A stretch of 51,364 nt of DNA from Chromera velia (Eukaryota). Positions 15,042 to 25,248 of this stretch are shown here, piece after piece. A program made the position numbers and the translations under genes. The first letter of the stretch is position 1. Each line of letters opens with the position of its first letter. Where the stretch lies: NCBI GenBank assembly GCA_018398765.1, contig JAHBMJ010000289.1, positions 1 through 51,364 on the forward strand, in the 5' to 3' direction. The notes under the pieces are model-generated. The model was not told where the DNA came from. It saw nothing but the letters and a program-made list of their open reading frames with translations, and ran no database searches.

Positions 15042-18000
15042 ACCTCGAGGTCGGGGCAGTTCTCCCTCGCGACGACTGCACACGCCTTCCCAGGTGCCCT
15101 GCTTGCTGGAGATGAGGCTGCTGCCATGGTGAGAGTAATCTTGTAGGAGCCCATGGGGGCGTCAGCAGAGTGCTTGCAGGGAAGATCGGCCGTCGTTCGC
15201 AGTTGGCATGGCTCTGCAGAGAAGGAGGGGAGAGGAGAAAAGAAGAGAATCAGACGCGTGGATGTAAAGTCGAATGCAATCACGTGCGTTGAAATCTTCG
15301 TATGGACGAAGAAGTAGAAGTAAGAAACAGAGCTCAGAGGCCCTCAGATGGCTCAGGTGCATGTGGTTTCTCTTGTATGGAAGAGTGCTTGAACTTTTCC
15401 GGCCTAGTCTTTTCCATGCAGATTCAGTCTGGCCTGCAGATATGCAAATGGGAGGGCAGACAAACTGACGGCAGTCCGGAAGAGACGGCATCATTCTCTT
15501 CAGTTGTTCGGGTCCGAGTTCAATTTGGCCACGGTGCTGCAGCCTCCGACGGTCTGCAGGCCTGTTCGTGAGGTCCGTCAGTGCCACCAACTGCATGGAG
15601 GGAGTCGCCCTAGTGGAGTCCGAGCTAAAAGGGACGTCGAATGCTTTGCCAACCGCGGTTCTCCATGTGACGAACTCGTCGCCTGCCCATGAGATCCCGT
15701 CGTCTGCACTCTTCAGGGGGGGCACTGCGTTGGGAAAGCAGGCGGAGGTGATGGGGTCAGGTTGGTTGAAGGCCTTCTGCCCTGCATACGAGAGGATCAG
15801 TTTGCATTCTGGCTGGATGATGTCGGACGCAGTTGAGGTGACGTCAGTGGAGACCGTTTGCATCCCCGCATCGTGCACACAGGTCACCGTGCCAGGACTG
15901 CAAGTAGGCGTGCAGGAGACACAGAGCCTATTTTTCTGCGAGTAAACGTCCGTCTTCCATTTGTTGGCATCCTCAACAGCGACTTGAAGTACAGACGATC
16001 GAGCAGTTTGTGGAGAGGTGGGACGCCTCCAGATTTCGATGTCCAGTTTGTTCGTGATCTCAGTCTTCAGTAGGGGCCAAGTAGAGAGTAAAGACAATCG
16101 CTGGAGCTCAGCTTTCGTCTCCAGCTCAAAGATCTGACTGCAAGTGCGTCCCCCTGGTTCCCAGTCTCTGACTGAAAACTCAAACTGCGCCTTCATTGGG
16201 CCGACGTCCGCATCCATGTAGCAGGGAGGAACCAGGGGCCGGAGGTCGAGCTTGCAGTCAGAACAGGCAGCGGAACCGCAGCCAAGGACATTGAGAGCTC
16301 CACTGGCAGCGTCGAGCCTGAAGTTTTTAGAGCTGATTTGCGCAGTAAGAGATTCGGGTGTCCAGACGGAGAGGTCGGGACTTGTGCGAATGTACTCAAA
16401 GGCTTCGATGATCTTCGGATGGGATTTCCACCCCATGTCCCGGGGAGACAGGTTGGGATTGCGACAATTCTGGGATGCCTGCTTGAGCCTTTCCACAATC
16501 GCTTTCTGAAGACCTTGGTCGCAATCGCGTCTCCAGTTGGAGTCAACACGTGTGGGCTGGAGGTTGAATTGGATTTGGATGAACGGATCAGTGGAGGCCT
16601 CCGCGCGTTGGCAGCATTCGCAGTGGGCGTTGAGAGTTGCCGTGCAGCTCTGGCACATCTCTGGGTCCGTCGCCTGTGTGCCCAATCGGAATGCGGTCAG
16701 AGGAAGAACGATGGGCTCCATCTGGCCAGATTGGAGTCCCGCATCAGATTCTGCTATGTGATTTCCCAGCATTAGGCTTCTTCGGACAGCGTCTGCTTTC
16801 CATGATCCCAAAAGCTTCTCACTGTCTTCCACCCACATCACAGAAACCTCCGGAACCTCTTGTCGTCTTGCCCACTTTTCTCGGGCATCAGCAAGGACAA
16901 GTTCACACGGTTTGCCTCCCTGCTGCGGTTCTTCTAGAGACACCACGGGAATCAAATGCATCTGGAAATCGTAAGGGAGGCAGCGCTGGCTGCGTGGCTG
17001 GGTCTGTGCGAGGACTTTGATGGCGATCCGGCAGGGGTCGCATGCTTTGGGCGGAATGGCACCGAAGGCCATGTTCTTGTCTGCATTCGGGTTTCTAGTG
17101 TCTGCCTGTTGAAGGAATTGCAGTGCTTCGGGGTAGCGATCTATGGCGATCTCTGGATATTTTCTTCTGAACACCTGGATGCATGTTTCCGGCCTTCGGT
17201 AGCGTCCTGATGTGACGTCATACCACTCGATGGAGGGTGAGAGAACTCGGATGTTGCCTGGACACGATTGGCCAGATCCGGTCTGGGTGTAGGGCACGCA
17301 GGGGCATCCGGGTTGTTCGAAAATGAGCTTGCAGGGATAGTCTTTTTGGATGTTGAAGAATAATGTGTCGCATTTCATCTGACGTCCACTGCCAATGGCG
17401 TCTGCAGGGTTCTTGTGGGTCCCTGTTTTCGTGTGTTTGTTTGCGTCAGATGAGAACCCGCAACCGGTGTAGACCTGCTTCTTCTTGTCTCCATACCACC
17501 ACGTCAGGCCCCTGTTTTTGATATACCTCAAGTTCTGGTAGAAGGGAAACATGAAGGTGTCGCGCGTGCGTGAGGGTCTCCAGTGCCCCAGAAAGGACTC
17601 TCGGAGCTGCCCGCTGTTAGCGGCCTCGAGGGAAAAGCCATCATGGACAACGTGGAAGTCTACCTCACTGCCCGATCGCAGGCGGACACACCTGCACAAT
17701 TCAGCACAGACAGACACATGGAGGTATGGATATATTCCGTCATTCCATGCATGAATCTTCCCTTATTCGAGAGAGCAGCTTCATTCGTTTTTCGCTTCTG
17801 CTTTGACAGGAGAGACTTCTCGAAACGGGCAGAAAAACATCGCTTTTGCTGATATGAAACAAATGACTTCATCAAAGTCTACCGCAAACATTTTTGCCAG
17901 GCGTGTCGGGTCCGATGCACACATACTTTCTTGTAACTCTGTGGATGTTTGTGATTATTCAAGGATGCACGTACCAATTGTAGCTGTAATGTCCCCTTCT

Positions 18001-18295
18001 GGCCGAGCTGCCCTGATCCCTCCAGTGATCCCAAATTTCGTTTTTGGTCAATTTGACCATGGATGTGTAGGAGAAGGGTTTCTTCCCTCCACACGAGTGT
18101 CTCGAGTTGGACTCCCAACTTTTGCTGACTGAGATGTAATCTGATCCCGTTCCGAACCCTCCAATGTGGAGTTCCGGGCTTCTCTCGTAAGTCGTTACAA
18201 AATCCTGAAGGATAAAGAGTCGTGGGAGGACGAAGGGGTCCCTAGGGTCTTGGGAAACCTCTCTGTGGGGCAGGAGCACCTGAAGACAGAGAAAG

Positions 18296-18336
<41 letters not shown>

Positions 18337-18870
18337 GAAAGGGGAAAGAGAGAATCAAGGAGAGAAAGGAGGAATGAGTGAGTGAATGAAAGGAGGGGGG
18401 ACGCGATTTGTCATCGAAAGAAGAGTACTGTACTTGCATACACCAGAACTCCTGAACCCTTCGAAAGAGAGAATATGCGAACGAAAACGAAAGAGGCATA
18501 GAAATCGTAAGCGCGTTGTTGTTGCTTCCATTTCGAGACCATTCTCTTGTACGGACACATTTTCGATCCCCATTCAGCTCAATCAGGAGTATCTACCGGA
18601 CCCTTCCAGCTCTCCAAACGTCTTCTTTCCTTCATTCCATCCGCTTAACTAATGCCTCTGAATCACTTTTACTCAATCAAGTACTCACAAAAGCAGTCAC
18701 TGAATCCACCATGCTTGCATGCATGCGAATATCATGCAGAAAATACGTGAGCTAGTGCCCGAAGGAAACTCACCTCTCCGTATGCCAAGAGAGTCAACTT
18801 GCCGGTATTCCCCAACAGATACCTTTCCTGCACACGTGCATCCATCCATCCATCCATCCATCCATCCATG

Positions 18871-18904
<34 letters not shown>

Positions 18905-20747
18905 AACTCGATGCTTTATTCTGCAGCCGTGTGTTCCTTCCTCTCTACAGCGACGAGCGGCGCAAACAAAAACCCCACGAGCAAGAAAGAAAGAAACGTC
19001 TGCTGTGTATTCACAGAGGACACTGCATAGCGCATGACTGCCTGCTCTGTCATTCATAACGTTTTTGAATCAATTTTCCTCTGCATTCGCGAAAGGTACG
19101 GACAAAAGTTCGGGATCGCAGATTCACACCCCTTTCTGTGGACAAACAAAATGCTTCAGCCAGCCATTGTGTGCTCTTTTCAATTCACACAGTCCGTACA
19201 TCGACCAACCTCTGGAGGAGCGAAGTACTCGAGGAGAATGTCCGAGCTATCTAGATACTGAGACTTCAGGTCACCCGCACTGTACAGGGCAACGGACTTG
19301 GCGGCCCATCCCGCCCTTTCTCTCTGCAGGATTGCAGGTCGAAACGCAGACAGACGGAAGGCTTGGATCCAAGGAGGGAAAGAGAGACAGAGGTGCACAA
19401 AGGATGCAAAGGGTCCCCTAGTGAGGACTTTATTGTGTCAATGCACTTCAGTTTTCTCCTCGGAAAGTTTTGCGTCTTAGAAAGGGATGCACAAGGAGAA
19501 ATGCAAAAGCAGCGGCACCCAACGGCAGAGACCCGCATACACACATGCACACATACACACACACACCGAGAGTTTGAACAGAGAAATAGATGGAAAAACA
19601 TCAAAAAAGAGTCAAATTGATCGGACTACAAGGGCAATCTCATGAACGCACGCACACAGCACCCAACCACCATTACCCAGAACGTACCAAAAAAAAAAAA
19701 AAGGCACCTACCGACCTGCAGAGGTTCCCTGTTGATCTGCCAATGGGATTCCTCAGGCCCCGCTGTGAGAGCCTGGGTGAACGCCGGGTAGTTCATGCAC
19801 TGGGCAGGCCAGAACTGCATGCACTTCACGTTCTCTAGAGTGGGGGGGGGGTCGCACATCCGTTCGTCGTTGTGGAGAACGTCGTGCCATAATACGGGAG
19901 AGTCCTGCAGAGTAGTCCATTCACGCGCATGCACACATGCACATAGAGACACAATGCTTTGAGAAGAAAAACGGAAAAGAATGAGGCCGCTGCACCTTTC
20001 AGGTTCTGGAGAGACACGAAGAAAGCTGTGCCCCTTGGGCGCATCCTAGGGAGGAAGGGAAAAAAGAGAAGAAGAGAGGCAACAGGGGGTAAAAGAGGAA
20101 AGGTCCCTAAGAGCTGCCTACCACAAACTGTGCTGTGATGTGGTCCTCTCCTCTCCTTCCAGTTCCTTTGTTCAAAACGGCATTGAAGATTGTGTTTCGA
20201 GTGGCTGCTTCGTTCTGCAAATAGTATCAGCGAAGAGTAAACATACAACATCGGATGCTGGAGAACAGGCAGGCAGGTCAAGATGGCTGCTGTATCTTTG
20301 AATTGATCCCCTGACCCAGGAGCCCAGTCAAAAAAATGGACTCGCCTTTTCTTTCGTGTGTGTGCAGTGTCATCATACCCAACACGCACAAGAATGAAAA
20401 AGAAGAAAGCAGGCCGAGTCTTTTAATGTCCTTTTGTGTTGAGACCCGAGAAAAGAATGAATAAAAGACAAGACAAAATAAATAAAGAAGAAAAGAAAGA
20501 AAATACATAAGGAAGAGAGGAAGATAAGAAGGAGGCAGGGAGGCAAGGAGTCAGCTCGAAAAAGTGATACGAAGGGAGTCCTAGAAGGACAAAAGTCATG
20601 ATCCAGACGCAGACACACCTGCAGCGCGACTTCAAACCAGAATTCCTCCAGTGTGCACTTATGGAGATGGGTGCACCCTTTGCCCCCGTTCGGTCTTTGC
20701 GAAAGCGCATTTCTGGCATTGTCGAAACATTTGTACAAAATGGGGTC
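351..20747 (-). CDS. Giant multi-exon cysteine-patterned repeat protein (>3,100 aa, probably secreted/surface); 3' end beyond the left edge, first exon unresolved
   Basis: GT-AG exons chained by hand with consistent phase and no internal stop (5'->3'): 20747-20619, 20214-20122, 19904-19716, 19323-19210, 18827-18774, 18279-17975, 17691-15470, 15213-15044, 14569-14350, 13995-13613, 13294-13243, 12843-12638, 12355-12229, 12055-11582, 11192-11104, 10696-10577, 10260-9955, 9577-9307, 9007-8925, 8580-8292, 8030-7533, 7236-7077, 6856-6451, 6103-5887, 5424-5340, 5266-5222, 4995-4760, 4337-4120, 3932-3698, 3446-3049, 2822-2486, 2188-1981, 1710-1656, 1333-1240, 863-721, 496-351 (9,377 nt). Recurrent pattern CxxC...PxC...beta-strand...GGxxC. 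No family recognised. Confidence 0.85.
15470..17691 (-). CDS. 2,222-nt exon of the giant Cys-repeat gene
   Basis: Core of the 851-aa ORF 15162..17717. CAG acceptor at 17694-17692; the phase-2 join TG|G = Trp with the upstream exon. GTCAGT donor after ...LPDC. Confidence 0.9.
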
Positions 20748-21103
20748 CTGCACGTGTCGTGTAGAGTTTATTCATCTGTTTGCTTGCAGTTTCTCCATGC
20801 CCTGTATGATACACACAGGGACCACGTGAGAAGCCTATGGCCGAGGAAAGAAAGCACCAGCGTGCACACTCATTTGAAGTCCCTTAAGGGATGTGGAGAA
20901 TCACATCAACGTGAGCAGAGAGGGGGTGTTGGGTGCTTCAGAGGAGGAGAAAGTCTTCTTTTCTTCTCATTCTTGGCGAGGTGAAGAAGAATGGTGAGAG
21001 ACACGTCAAAAGGACGAGCGATGCCGGAGCGAAGAGAACACACAGGAAGCAGGGAAGAACCATTGTGTTGGTTTCCTTTTCAAACAGGCACAAATACGCA
21101 TAC

Positions 21104-21173
21104 ACGCAGGTTGCAAGGCAGAAAGAAGGACAAGTATAGAAAAGGCACCGGAAAAGATGTGCATTGTCAGCAT
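21104..21173 (-). CDS. Candidate first (signal-peptide) exon of the giant gene
   Basis: ATG at 21173 reads MLTMHIFSGAFSILVLLSALQPA, followed by a GTATGC donor-like site. I could not link it in phase to exon 20747 without an unidentified exon. Confidence 0.3.
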
Positions 21174-21944
21174 TGCTCCGTAGACGGGCGCGTCACATGC
21201 TTCTTGAAGTGTTGTTTCTTAGTATCGTCCTTTTCTCAGTGAGCAACAGAAGACCAACAAAGGAGGAATTACGACACAGGTCCGCATCCATGCGAAGCTT
21301 CTTCTCTGATCGCTTTCAGTTCAGCCTCAAAAGAGACGAAAGCAAGAGAAAGGGGCTGCAAGGCATCTACATCTGACCTGACAAAGTGATGGAGTCGCCG
21401 TAAGCTGCAAGCAACAGATATATATTCACGAGACAAGAGTAGAGTTCAAGACATGATGTTCTCGGTGTGTCGGCATCGATTTCAAGTCAATCAGAATTAT
21501 TCACAGTGGCAAAGGAGAGCAGAGGCCAACAAAGAGAACATACCGCAAAAAGAAGGGCACAAAGGCGCCGCAATCGTCTACGAGATCCGGTCATGTGTAC
21601 TCGAGGTGGAAGATGCTGATAATCTATCGTATTTGTGTTCTGGTTTCACCAGGGAATACATGGAGCTCTTGGAGAGGAGTTTCCTGAAGAGCTTTCAGAT
21701 GACTTCATTGGGTGTGAACACAGAACAACGGGCACGGAAACTTTAATCGTGCATGGTCAATACGATCAAAACAACGCTTGTGTGTTGTTTGCCGAAACGT
21801 TTCGCATAATTCTGTTTCAGACAGTCTGGGTTCGAAAGAGGCAGTTGCAGCAGGGCAGTTTTGGAGCACACTGGAGCTAGCTTTCAGACACGTTCGGAGC
21901 ATCACGCGTGTTTATGGACATGAAAATGCGCTCGCCGTATACAT

Positions 21945-22035
21945 ATGAGCATGCATGCATGCATGAAACACGAACAAAAAACCAAGAAAAAATGCAGAGC
22001 TCGCGCGCGCGCGTTGTGGAAGTGCGCGCGGGGCC
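21945..22035. promoter_or_regulatory. TGCATG-repeat plus (CG)n cluster, likely promoter of the giant gene
   Basis: GCATGCATGCATGCATG at about 21949-21965 and CGCGCGCGCGCG at 22002-22013. The same motif pairing precedes other genes in the window. Confidence 0.5.
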
Positions 22036-22199
22036 TGTTAACTTGAAAGAAAAGTCAGTCAGGTGACTCATTGAATGGTGGCTATCAAGACGACTGGCCA
22101 CGGAATGTTACCTACACCGAGGTTGCTTACTTGCATGACCACAGAACTCTTCAAAACCTCTTTGTGAGTCGTTGGAGGCTTATTCACAAGGATAGCAAG

Positions 22200-22620
22200 C
22201 TATCATTATTGCAATCATATAATTTATTACACTAAGTTGCAGTTCAAACAATTTATACTATTCCTTTTTACAATTTAAAAGACAAAAAAAAATCTTATAT
22301 ATTGACACAAATCTCCTACCTACGTCATACAAAAAATACAAAGTAGTACAAAGGCAAGACATTTGAAACTGCATGAGACAATTCTTTAAAAAAATCATAG
22401 TAAATTATAGTAAATTTTTGAATTCATGATTATTATCGATCAGTTACGATCAGTTTTGAGCAGAAAGGGCACGAAAGCTAACACGAAAGTCTTTGAAAGT
22501 CTTCAAACCCAATCTTTTTATAGAAAAACAAAAAAACAAAAAAAAAACTTTGTTTCAATTGTAGAAATATACTATGATTGTTATATAATTGTTAGAATTA
22601 CTGGCAATTTTAGTGTATGA
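22200..22620. other. AT-rich, CpG-poor intergenic island
   Basis: Abrupt compositional shift to A/T runs between GC-normal flanks; no credible ORF. Confidence 0.65.
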
Positions 22621-22774
22621 CAGTCTAGCCCACCCATCGTAGAGAGCAAAAAAACATTCACAGAATTCAAGTCAACATGGGGAACTTTGAATGACCAACC
22701 AGTTGCGCAATCGAGTGCAAGGCAACACTTGATTCATGGACCAGTTGAATGTGTGCATCTCGGTGTGCATGGTT

Positions 22775-22905
22775 CATCCATCTCTTTATCCATCCGTCCA
22801 TCCATCCATCCATCCATCCTTCCATCCTTCCTTCCATCCATCCATCCATCCATCCATCCATCCATCCACCCGAGTCCTTCCTTCCTTCCTTCCTTCCTTC
22901 CTTCC
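22775..22905. repeat. (ATCC)n/(TTCC)n microsatellite
   Basis: Tandem tetranucleotide runs read directly. Confidence 0.9.
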
Positions 22906-23333
22906 TTTTGCTTTGCTAGGAGGAAACAAAGAGCGCTGCATGCCCTCTGGCACGCAAAAAGCTCTCTCGGTCAACGTACTCGATCGAAATGTCTCATCAA
23001 GAAAAACAATCCAATTCTCTCTCAACGTTGGTCAAGATGAGGGACCAACACCCTCGAGCTGCTCCCACCCCCCTTTCCCCCCGGTGCCGATCGACTCGAA
23101 ACTTTCTTTCCAAAAAAAAAAAAAAGTGTGGGAGAGAGCATTCTTAGTCAGAGCTCTCGATCGACTGACAGAAGACAAGCAGGCACTGTCATACGAGTGG
23201 CCCGTTCCTTCATTCATTGAATGATGGATCCATTGAGTGGATTCGGGTGTGAGGGAGTGAATGAGTGAGTAAGTGAGTGGTTGAATGAATGAATGAATGA
23301 ATGAATGAATGAATGAATGAGTGAATGAGTGCT

Positions 23334-24251
23334 TCACGAGAGGAACGTGGAGTCCTTCGGGGTGAACTCCTTGCCGATCTCCACCACGTCCCCGCATGCA
23401 CGCAAGGCCCCGAAGGCCGAAGGGGGCCCGCAATCAGCAGGGGCCCCGACTTTGTTGGTCACCTCGTCCTTCCTGAAACACGCCCTCAGCTCGACCAGAC
23501 GGTCTTGCCCCTCTGGCAACGTGTTGTCGCACAGGAGCTCAACTTTCTTCGGGAACATTTCTTGAAGTGCTGAGGCACTCACCGTCTTCCCTCCAGGGAG
23601 GGCGTCAACTTTCGCGATCGACTCATCGAGTGAGTGGAACACAGACATGGTTTCAGAAAAATAAGCCCTTGCACCGTACGATGAACGAGTGTCAGTGGGC
23701 GCCCCGAGGCCCGCACACGACCCATGCTTCAGCCATTCATGCTGCCAGATGCTGCACATGCTCCCCCACTCATTCCATGCCACATCAGTGGGGTCGATCC
23801 AATTCACAAGCATGTCGGAGTGCAGAGCATCCGAAAACTTATGGGGGTCGTTCCAGTGCGGCACAGTGTCCCCTGAGCCGATTCGTTCGTTCTCTATGTC
23901 ACCGCAACAGGCCGGGAACCCCCCGTCGTACTGTGTCCAGAGACCGTGGACAGTCATGCGGGGAACCTCAATGTGCTTGCATCTGGTGCCTGTGGGGTGG
24001 GTTGCAGTGGCGTCGCCATCTCTTTCAAGGGCGTCGCACCAACTGGACACATGCAAAAGGGCGATGGCGTAGGAGTCAAAGTCGCCTGGGTCGCCCTTCT
24101 TTGTTTCGCACTTGGATTTGAATTTCCCTTCAAAACAAGTCACGTGCTTTACATTTTCGCCTGAACAGGTCTTGTCGGGACACCAAAAGGCGTCAGCCAA
24201 CGTGGCTGTTCCTACAAACGCAACGAAAGTCGAAAAGATTCCCTTCACCAT
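23334..24251 (-). CDS. Secreted ribonuclease T2 family protein (intronless, 305 aa)
   Basis: N-terminal signal peptide MVKGIFSTFVAFVGTATLADA. CAS I-like MTVHGLW and CAS II-like IWQHEWLKHGSC with catalytic His/Glu/Lys. C-terminal RLVELRACF is typical of RNase T2. Confidence 0.93.
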   Translation of the reverse strand: MVKGIFSTFVAFVGTATLADAFWCPDKTCSGENVKHVTCFEGKFKSKCETKKGDPGDFDSYAIALLHVSSWCDALERDGDATATHPTGTRCKHIEVPRMTVHGLWTQYDGGFPACCGDIENERIGSGDTVPHWNDPHKFSDALHSDMLVNWIDPTDVAWNEWGSMCSIWQHEWLKHGSCAGLGAPTDTRSSYGARAYFSETMSVFHSLDESIAKVDALPGGKTVSASALQEMFPKKVELLCDNTLPEGQDRLVELRACFRKDEVTNKVGAPADCGPPSAFGALRACGDVVEIGKEFTPKDSTFLS

Positions 24252-24744
24252 CTCTGAGAGAAAGACGTACTTCTACAAATTCCTTTCAAAGAATCCGTTC
24301 TTGTCAGGGCGGCTCAAGAAAGCCCCAAGAGGCACTGTCAAAAAAGCAGACCCGTAAATCAGCACCGAGGCTTGAGAGATCGGCTCGCCCTTTTCTTGAA
24401 TTGAGGGGGCAACCGAGGTCAGAACTCAAGGTCAATCAGTCTGGGACACAGCCACGGATTGTATATATAGGTGTCAGACAGTCGTCGGCGGGTAATGGTC
24501 TGCAAAGAGCAAAAGGCGCTTTTCTGTCGTCGGATTGATTCCACACTTATTAATAATGATCCGTTGGCATGTCTGAGAGAGCCCGAATCCGTCGGAAGAA
24601 TGCAGGGCATCTTTAACCGACAGTTAGCCTCCACATGCACCCATGCACGCGCATTAAATTTTTGTCTGACCTGCAAGAATGAACGCGACGCATGCAGGGC
24701 CTCACGTAGGGGTAAAATCCCTTTTTTTTGTAGGGCGTGTGGGC

Positions 24745-24835
24745 ACGCGTGCATGAATGCATGCATGCATGCAATATGCATGCATGGGGGAATTAACCGC
24801 GGCCCGCCGGAGCGCGCGCGCGCCTCGACACATGC
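24745..24835. promoter_or_regulatory. Bidirectional promoter cluster (TGCATGCA repeats plus (GC)n) between RNase T2 and the ankyrin gene
   Basis: TGCATGCATGCATGCAATATGCATGCATG and GCGCGCGCGCGC lie about midway between the divergent ATGs at 24251 and 25249. Confidence 0.55.
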
Positions 24836-25248
24836 AATGGCAGAGCGGCCGGAAGAGCAAGAGGAAGCTCGAGTCCCTGGAAGAAACAGAAATCCAGACC
24901 CTTTGTGGCCCTTTTCCTTCTCACCACTTACCAGGCTCGGCGCCGACAGACTCGATAGAGAACAGGAACCATACATTGCATTTCTCAACTCGCTCCTAAG
25001 TCTCACTATTTTCTCAGCTCGATCAGTCTGGCACGCCTTTGCAACGTTCCAAACTTGAATCCAACGAGATCGCTCGCTGAGGTGAGTCGGTCTTTATTCA
25101 TCTGCGTGGGCCTGTGGCAAAACTCCTGGTATATGCACGAGAGAAAGCAGGACAGCTTATATCGTGCAAGACCAGTCAGAATTGCCCCGTCGTGAATCCC
25201 ACAGAGTGTCGCGATCCAGAAGCATCAGTCTGTAAGGAAAGTTCAGCA

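Noticed and set aside
21453..21880. Short plus-strand ORFs upstream of the giant gene
   Set aside because: No recognisable motif or splice chain; likely UTR or intergenic.
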